The notes under the pieces are model-generated. The model was not told the DNA's origin and did no database searches. It was given only the letters and a program-made list of their open reading frames with translations. This document shows, piece after piece, positions 58,002-64,000 of a stretch of 64,000 bases of DNA (the first letter of the stretch is position 1; each line of letters starts with the position of its first letter). The stretch is from contig SLJO01000067.1 in the NCBI GenBank assembly GCA_007135095.1, positions 5,849-69,848 of the forward strand, in the 5' to 3' direction. A program made the position numbers and the translations under genes. The DNA comes from Bacteroidales bacterium (lineage in GTDB: Bacteria > Bacteroidota > Bacteroidia > Bacteroidales > PUMT01).

Positions 58002-58739
58002 TTAAGCTCCCCTCATTTCTTTAAGGGCCGATTCCATTCTGCCCCTGACTTCACCGGCCAGTTCGCGCGGTTCCAGATTACCGAACTCCTCTGGCATGAC
58101 AGGGTCAAGCACCCTGATCTTCATGGCAGTCCTGTGGCGAATCAACAGTCCCTTCCCGGAGATGGCCTTCCAGGTGCCGTCAAGCACTATCGGCAGTATG
58201 GGAGTATTCATCTGGTGTGCAAGCCTGAATGCACCTTCCTTGAAATTCCTCATTTTTCCGTCGAAAGAACGGGAGCCCTCAGGAAAAATCATTATGGAGC
58301 TTCGCTGCTTTATATGATTCCGGCAGTCGCGCATCATCCGGATAAAGCTTTTCCTGCTTGCGCGGTCAATCACAACATACCTGTTGAGCAGCATATTCCA
58401 GCCTACAAAGGGAATATAAAGATTCTCTTTTTTGGATACCCACTTGAAATGAAAGAATAAGGAATGAATCACAAGAATGTCGAGCATCGACTGGTGATTG
58501 GACACGGCAACATACACCTTTGAATGGTCAATCTTCTCAGCCCCTTCAATCTGCAATTTCCAGAACGGGTTGAGCCTTATATAAAGCGACCCCCAGAAAC
58601 AGGAATAGCGGTGCTGCAACCATAACCGCTTGTCGAAGGGAGCGGTAAACAGCCATAAGAGAAGGGCGCCAATGAATATTATTACAGATGAGGCGACAAC
58701 AAACAGCCAGAAGAATATGGAGAAAATAACATAACCCAT
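58002..58739 (-). CDS. plsC: 1-acyl-sn-glycerol-3-phosphate acyltransferase (lysophospholipid acyltransferase family)
   Basis: 245 aa with the HX4D motif NHQSMLD and FPEGSRS. Confidence 0.85.
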   Translation of the reverse strand: MGYVIFSIFFWLFVVASSVIIFIGALLLWLFTAPFDKRLWLQHRYSCFWGSLYIRLNPFWKLQIEGAEKIDHSKVYVAVSNHQSMLDILVIHSLFFHFKWVSKKENLYIPFVGWNMLLNRYVVIDRASRKSFIRMMRDCRNHIKQRSSIMIFPEGSRSFDGKMRNFKEGAFRLAHQMNTPILPIVLDGTWKAISGKGLLIRHRTAMKIRVLDPVMPEEFGNLEPRELAGEVRGRMESALKEMRGA

Positions 58740-58785
58740 GGTTTATATTGAATTGATTATAAAAGTAAGTTTATTCAGTGTAAAA

Positions 58786-60996
58786 TTAAAACCGCACATT
58801 GTACTTTAATTTAAACCTCAGGGAACTTTCAGTGATGGCGAATCGGTCCATCGGGTCAAGGATGCTGGAATTCCATGACAGGTACACCTCCCGGCCCGGT
58901 CTTATTATCCACCGCAACCGCGACTGCCAGCCTGCCGCCTGGGAAATATCATCGTACTGCACAAAGGTGTGCAGGTTAATCCTGGGAGTGAAAACCGTAT
59001 TTATGATCAGCCTGTAGATCCCTACATCCATATCCGCTCCGGGAAACCTCAAAAAACTGTTTTCCATTTCGGCCCCAAGGAACAAATGCAGAAATACCTG
59101 CCAGCCGGCATTTACCCCGATGGTTTTTCTCTCGCCGCTGTAGAAATCACCCCGGCTCACCGATAATGTGCTCCACAGGTTTCTGTGCCGGGCAGTGCCA
59201 AGTGACACACTATGGGTTGTAAAATCATAGCCACCTGCCGGGATGGTTATCGTGCCAAGCAGGTTGAATTCATGCTGCAGGTATTCGTGTGATATAACGG
59301 TACGCGCAATCACCGATTCGCCGGATATGAATCTTATGTGAAGCAGGGCAAGGTCTGTTTCCCTTGTCTGCAGTTTGCCGTCAGTGCCCGATATGTGGTT
59401 TATGCCTGCCATGGAAAGTATCTGGAGTATGCCCCACTTTCCGGGGCGGGGACCTGCGCCTGCTGAAAAATAGTACTCGCGTACCCCTGTGCGCGGAACA
59501 AAGCCCATGCCGGCCGAAAAATCCTGGTCAATCTGCATAAACCCCGCCCTTCCGTAAAACAGATCGTTCGGATAGTTCACTTCCGCACCGAAGGCATGAT
59601 CGGCAGAACGTGCAGTGCCGGGAGCTGCGGTAACAGACTGCAGTCCGTACGCTATAAATGAAAGGTTCTTGTTGCCGGCAAATTCCGAGGTGGCTATTTT
59701 TGTATCCACCCCGTACAGGGCATTATCTCCAGGGGCTGTAGCATTGCCCAGTGTTGCGATCATGCCTGCGGACGACTGCCTGCCGATATTCCTTGAAACC
59801 CGCATGGCCGAAAAATTCCTGTCATCATAGGCCTTCTCCTGGTAGATGTTCATGAACCCCATATTCCAGTTGCCCGCCTGTCCGGTGAACCGCGCCCCCG
59901 CATTAATGGCAAGAGGCTCTCCGCCGGAATCAAGCCCGAGCCTCCTGCTGAAAAACGGAATCAGGCGTCGGGCATAGGGGTTATCCGCTCCGCTGCTGAT
60001 GCCGAAATTGAAATAATTTTCACCATCAAGGAAAAAGTCCCTTTTTTCAGGGAAATGAAGGCTGAACCGCGTCAGGTTAATCTGGCGGGTATCGGCTTCT
60101 GTTTCGGCAAAATCGGTATTGACAGTTAAAACACCCCTGAGACCCGGGGTAAACTGGTAGAACACATCCATCCCCGCATCAGCCATGCCCGAGCCGCCGG
60201 CACCCCTGAGGTAATCATGTCCCGAGATGCCATAGGGGTTGATATCCAGTCCCATTCCCTGGCTGATATTTTCCAGTCCGGTCAGCAGCCCCGCATCCGA
60301 CACCTGGAAACGGTGATTGTTAAGGTTTGCTGTGGGCCAGTAAACGGCTTCCTGGTTGCGCCTTATATACCTGATGAACTTAATGCCCCAGTCCTTACGG
60401 CTCGCGTCAAAATTAAGGGTGTTAAAGGGTATGGCGATCTCGGCTTCCCAGCCGTGAGGCTGGATAGTAGCCCTTCCTTCCCATACCCCCTGCCACTCCC
60501 TGTGAAACCCGGCTCCGTTCTCACTGATAATGGCATCGCCGATCGAGCCGCGCGGACCGATCTGGAACCAGTAGGCATTTCTGCCGTCAAGGTGGGTGTC
60601 CAGAATGATCTGCACCCTGTCATCATTCCCCAGGTTAACATCCCTGGCCATTTCCCTGCCGATAACCTTTGACGGGTCATCATGACATCTTATGCCAATG
60701 TATAAATAGTGATCGTCAAATAATAGCAGGAATTCGGTTCTTTCTGTTGCGGGGGCGCCGTTATGCGGCTCCCGCTGCACGAAGTCAGTTACCGGTATGG
60801 CCTTGCTCCAGATATCTTCCGATAATATCCCGTCAATTGCCGGCCTCTCCTGGGTCCTGACTATAGCAGCCCGTGGCCGCGCCTGGAGCAATGCGGGGAA
60901 AACAAAAAAGCCAATCAGCAGCCAGGCTGCAAAATCAGTTCTCATTGGTGTAAATCTGGTCAGCATATCAGTGCACTGATGGTTCACGTTGTTCAA
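58786..60996 (-). CDS. CBM9-like/DOMON-like N-terminal domain plus DUF5916 beta-barrel protein
   Basis: IDGILSEDIWSKAIPVTDFVQREPHNGAPATERTEFLLLFDDHYLYIGIRCHD is typical of the carbohydrate-binding-family-9-like domain that precedes DUF5916. The long beta-rich C-terminus ends in ...KYNVRF. The true start is probably an internal Met (60966 or 60945). Confidence 0.6.
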   Translation of the reverse strand: MNNVNHQCTDMLTRFTPMRTDFAAWLLIGFFVFPALLQARPRAAIVRTQERPAIDGILSEDIWSKAIPVTDFVQREPHNGAPATERTEFLLLFDDHYLYIGIRCHDDPSKVIGREMARDVNLGNDDRVQIILDTHLDGRNAYWFQIGPRGSIGDAIISENGAGFHREWQGVWEGRATIQPHGWEAEIAIPFNTLNFDASRKDWGIKFIRYIRRNQEAVYWPTANLNNHRFQVSDAGLLTGLENISQGMGLDINPYGISGHDYLRGAGGSGMADAGMDVFYQFTPGLRGVLTVNTDFAETEADTRQINLTRFSLHFPEKRDFFLDGENYFNFGISSGADNPYARRLIPFFSRRLGLDSGGEPLAINAGARFTGQAGNWNMGFMNIYQEKAYDDRNFSAMRVSRNIGRQSSAGMIATLGNATAPGDNALYGVDTKIATSEFAGNKNLSFIAYGLQSVTAAPGTARSADHAFGAEVNYPNDLFYGRAGFMQIDQDFSAGMGFVPRTGVREYYFSAGAGPRPGKWGILQILSMAGINHISGTDGKLQTRETDLALLHIRFISGESVIARTVISHEYLQHEFNLLGTITIPAGGYDFTTHSVSLGTARHRNLWSTLSVSRGDFYSGERKTIGVNAGWQVFLHLFLGAEMENSFLRFPGADMDVGIYRLIINTVFTPRINLHTFVQYDDISQAAGWQSRLRWIIRPGREVYLSWNSSILDPMDRFAITESSLRFKLKYNVRF

Positions 60997-61064
60997 AATT
61001 GATATTTAACTGCCAAATCTACCATTTTATCGAACTGGTTTTATATTATCTGACTGAATTTTTA

Positions 61065-63551
61065 TTAACTCTCCAGCTCCACCACGGTGATGCCCGACCC
61101 CCCTGATTCCACATGTTCATCACGGAATGCCTTTACCAGCTGTACGCTGCCAAGGTATTCACGTATCAGCTGCCGTAAAATGCCATTGCCCTTGCCATGA
61201 AGTATCCTGACTTCCCTGGCGCCAACCATCAGCGCATCGTCAATGAACAGGCTTACCCTGTCGAGTGCCTCATCGGCCCTCATTCCCCTGACATCCTGCT
61301 CTGCGCGGAAATTAAGCTTTTTGTCTCTCAGATCGAACATAGATGACCGTCCCTCCGGGGCAGCTGCCCGTGCTATCTTTTTTGCCTCACTGCGGCTCAG
61401 CCTCCTTAGCTTCTTTTCATCAACGGTGGTCACCATATTACCAAAAGCCACCATTATGCTTTTCCCGTTTACATCAAGCACTTCGCCCGTAATGCCTCTG
61501 TCAACAAGGGTGACATAGTCGCCTGTCCCAATAGGGCTGTCATCCGGCAACGGTTTGCTTTCACTGCCGGGCTCAGTTTCACTGCCCCCTGATTTGCCGT
61601 GCTGAAGCTTCTGCTGCCTGGCCCGGAGCTTTCCGATTCTGCTTTCCATGTCACGTTGTGTATCTGATTCCTCAACCTTTTGCTTCAGCCCGGCCAGCTT
61701 TTTCCTGGCTTCCCTGGTCCGCTCCTTCTCGGCCTGTGTTTCCCTTATCTCGCGAATGGTGTTTTCTATGGTTTTATTCACCCCCTCAAGCAGCTGGCGG
61801 GCCTCGTCCCTGGCACGGGCCATGATCTGCTTTTCCTCTTTTTCGGCCCGGGCAAGCCGTGATCCATATATCTCCAAATCAGATTCGAGTTTCTTTTCCA
61901 GCTGGCGTATGTTTTTTCTTTTACGGTCCCAGTAGTGCTTGTCACGTATAATATCCTTCAGGTGCCGGTCAAAATCAATGTGCTTCTCGCCGATTTTCCC
62001 GGCAGCAGCCTTGAGTATCTCTTCGGGCAAGCCTATTTTCCGGGCTATCTCAAAAGCAAAGGAGCTGCCCGGCTTGCCGGTCTCCAGACGGAAAAGCGGC
62101 TCCATCTTCCCGGTGTCAAAAAGCATTGCCCCGTTTATTATTCCCGGGGTGGAGGCTGCAAAATGCTTCAGGTTGGTGTAATGGGTTGTAATCACACCAT
62201 AAGTGCCGCTGCTGTTAAGGGAGTCAAGGATGGACTCAGCTATGGCCCCGCCAAGCATAGGCTCGGTTCCTGTGCCGAATTCATCTATCAGCACCAGGGT
62301 TCGGGGTCCGCTGTGGCGGACAAAAAATTTCATATTCATCAGGTGAGAGCTGTAGGTGCTCAGGTCATTCTCGATCGACTGCTCATCACCGATATCGATG
62401 AATATTCCGGCGAACAGCCCCGCCTCAGAATTTTCAGACACCGGCACGAGCAGACCGCACTGAAGCATATACTGAAGGAGTCCTACGGTCTGCAGGCAAA
62501 CCGACTTGCCCCCTGCATTTGGGCCGCTTATCACCAGTATCCTGTTTTGATCATCGAGCTCTATATCAAGGGGCACGGTTTCCCTTGTCTCCTTTTTCAG
62601 GGCAAGGTAAAGCAGCGGATGCAGTGCATCCTTCCATTTCAAATGAGGAATGTCACGAAACACCGGCATGACAGCCCCGATCTTTACGGCAAACATGGCC
62701 TTTGCCCTTATGAAATCTATCAGTCCCAGGAACCGGAACACCCCCAGCAATTCTTCAAGGTAGGGTCTCATCGAATCGGCCACTTCCTTGAGTATCCGCA
62801 TTACCTCGCGCCTTTCGGCATATTCCAGCTCCCTGATCTCGTTATTCAGCTCCACCACAGCTGCCGGTTCAATGTAGGCAGTCCTGCCACTTGCCGATTC
62901 ATCGTGCACGAAGCCGGGGATCTTTCTCTTGAGCGAAGAGCTGACCGGTATAACGGGCCTTCCGTTGCGTATGGCTATGCTGACATCCCCCTCCACCAGT
63001 CCGCCGCTCTGCACCTCCCTTAATACGGCATGCAGCTTTTTTGACACGGCCGATTGCTTCTGGGTGATGGTGCGGCGCAGCGACTGCAGCTCAGTTGAGG
63101 CATTGTCCTTCATCTGGCCCTCTTTGGTAAGCAGGGAGGACAGCTTTTCCCTTACAAATGGCGGAACGGCAGAGCCGGCAGATAATGATGCAAGAACCGG
63201 GTAGAGCGCGGCGTTTTTACCGCTGAAATAATTCAGTATCCCTTTTGCCGTGTCAAGTGAGCGCTTGAGGTCAAACAGTTCGGAGGTGTCCATAAAGGCA
63301 CCCTCCACCCGCAGTTTTCTCAGCCCCGGAGTGGAATCGGTAATATGGCCCAGGGGAAACTCCTGACCGAAAAGATGTATTCTCTTTAATTCATCTGTCT
63401 GCTTCAACCGCAGGGAGACCTCTTCAAATGATGTAAGAAATGACATCTGCCGGGCATGCTCCCTGCCCAGATCGCAGATGCAGTAACCGGCCACCAGCGA
63501 CCGGATCACGGCAAAGCCGGATTTCTCATCAAAAGTCTCGGGATAAATCAT
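61065..63551 (-). CDS. mutS2: Endonuclease MutS2 (MutS domain V plus C-terminal Smr)
   Basis: 828 aa with Walker A GPNAGGKSV, Walker B DEFGTGTEP, a coiled-coil region and a C-terminal Smr domain (LHGKGNGILR). Confidence 0.9.
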   Translation of the reverse strand: MIYPETFDEKSGFAVIRSLVAGYCICDLGREHARQMSFLTSFEEVSLRLKQTDELKRIHLFGQEFPLGHITDSTPGLRKLRVEGAFMDTSELFDLKRSLDTAKGILNYFSGKNAALYPVLASLSAGSAVPPFVREKLSSLLTKEGQMKDNASTELQSLRRTITQKQSAVSKKLHAVLREVQSGGLVEGDVSIAIRNGRPVIPVSSSLKRKIPGFVHDESASGRTAYIEPAAVVELNNEIRELEYAERREVMRILKEVADSMRPYLEELLGVFRFLGLIDFIRAKAMFAVKIGAVMPVFRDIPHLKWKDALHPLLYLALKKETRETVPLDIELDDQNRILVISGPNAGGKSVCLQTVGLLQYMLQCGLLVPVSENSEAGLFAGIFIDIGDEQSIENDLSTYSSHLMNMKFFVRHSGPRTLVLIDEFGTGTEPMLGGAIAESILDSLNSSGTYGVITTHYTNLKHFAASTPGIINGAMLFDTGKMEPLFRLETGKPGSSFAFEIARKIGLPEEILKAAAGKIGEKHIDFDRHLKDIIRDKHYWDRKRKNIRQLEKKLESDLEIYGSRLARAEKEEKQIMARARDEARQLLEGVNKTIENTIREIRETQAEKERTREARKKLAGLKQKVEESDTQRDMESRIGKLRARQQKLQHGKSGGSETEPGSESKPLPDDSPIGTGDYVTLVDRGITGEVLDVNGKSIMVAFGNMVTTVDEKKLRRLSRSEAKKIARAAAPEGRSSMFDLRDKKLNFRAEQDVRGMRADEALDRVSLFIDDALMVGAREVRILHGKGNGILRQLIREYLGSVQLVKAFRDEHVESGGSGITVVELES

Positions 63552-63613
63552 CAGTTTTTATTAACAGGGCAAAGTTAATATGAATCCCCCTTGCAGCCTA
63601 ATGCTAAAAAAGG

Positions 63614-63621
63614 TATTTTTG
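63614..63621 (+). promoter_or_regulatory. Candidate -7 promoter box for metG
   Basis: TATTTTTG matches TAnnTTTG and lies 48 nt upstream of ATG 63669. Confidence 0.4.
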
Positions 63622-63668
63622 TGCCTCGTCAATCCGTATGATAAAACACAAAAAGCAATGATCCAGTC

Positions 63669-64000
63669 ATGAAGGAATATAAAAGATACCTGATAACATC
63701 TGCCCTGCCCTATGCCAACGGCCCCATTCATATAGGCCATCTTGCGGGTGTTTATGTGCCATCGGATATTTACACCCGCTACCTCCGTCTTCGCGGAAGA
63801 GACGTGATCCATGTATGCGGCTCAGATGAGCACGGGGTGCCCATAACAATCAAGGCAAGACAGGAGGGCGTCACCCCCCGGCAGATAGTTGACCGTTATC
63901 ATGAACTGAATAAGTCCTCTTTCGAAAAGTTCGGTATCGCCTTTGACATCTATTCCCGCACTTCCAGCACGGTTCATTACGAAACCGCTTCGGAAATATT
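63669..64000 (+). CDS. metG: Methionine--tRNA ligase, N-terminal fragment (continues beyond the window)
   Basis: Not in the ORF track because there is no stop in the window. My translation is [56 protein letters not shown]. It contains the class I HIGH motif and the typical MetRS N-terminus. Confidence 0.9.
   Translation, partial: MKEYKRYLITSALPYANGPIHIGHLAGVYVPSDIYTRYLRLRGRDVIHVCGSDEHGVPITIKARQEGVTPRQIVDRYHELNKSSFEKFGIAFDIYSRTSSTVHYETASEI

Noticed and set aside
61935-63023. A 362-aa ORF on the + strand inside mutS2. Similar long antisense ORFs occur at 17908-18867 (in ftsH), 51763-52647 and 52628-53359 (in parC), 46122-46841 (in priA), 48436-49290 (across the serine hydrolase and rfaE-like genes) and 38263-38802 (in the M20 gene).
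   Set aside because: All lie antisense to genes with unambiguous conserved motifs. Their translations are low in complexity or rich in Arg, Ser, Pro, Cys and His, with no recognisable motif. Long stop-free antisense frames are expected opposite strongly codon-biased genes. I see no independent promoter or terminator evidence.
1-64000. A search of the whole window for CRISPR arrays, IS or transposon ends, integrases, prophage genes, toxin-antitoxin pairs, restriction-modification genes or known defence-system genes.
   Set aside because: None was seen. There are no spaced direct repeats and no transposase, integrase, recombinase or reverse-transcriptase motifs. There are no nuclease, helicase or methylase clusters beyond housekeeping PriA, MutS2 and the topoisomerase. 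The tRNA-His gene is not flanked by an integrase or a direct repeat of its 3' end.

Overview
This window looks like an ordinary chromosomal, mostly housekeeping segment of a Bacteroidota genome. The supporting signs are PorQ and PorV/PorQ-family T9SS genes, a DUF5683 gene after parAB, a short 286-aa primary sigma factor, L31 type B, TAnnTTTG-type -7 promoter boxes, and almost no Shine-Dalgarno sequences. I call about 58 CDS, most on the minus strand, plus one tRNA-His(GTG), several rho-independent terminators and a few promoter boxes. Two of the CDS run off the window edges and are absent from the ORF track: an MltD-like gene at 1-672 and metG at 63669-64000. Many ORF-track entries are antisense or over-extended artefacts, and I shortened several starts by eye. 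I found no rRNA, CRISPR array, transposase, integrase, IS ends, prophage genes, toxin-antitoxin pair or recognisable defence genes. I do not see a convincing novel multi-gene system, and I would rather say so than invent one. The leads below carry moderate or low interest. (1) A monocistronic gene for a secreted protein with 8 Cys and no aromatic residues, built from a 90-bp tandem repeat, lies next to a flavodiiron protein gene. (2) A tightly coupled operon encodes a GNAT, an M20 amidohydrolase, Alr and a second alanine-racemase-fold enzyme, followed by a small wHTH regulator. (3) A tRNA-His with two adjacent acceptor-stem mismatches sits directly upstream of a stand-alone RtcB RNA ligase. 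(4) A strong AGGAGG Shine-Dalgarno precedes hsp20 in a genome that otherwise lacks SD sequences. (5) A small lipoprotein gene is frameshifted. (6) A membrane-anchored MutS paralogue lies near MutS2. All functional calls rest on motifs I recognise by eye, and no database search was run.
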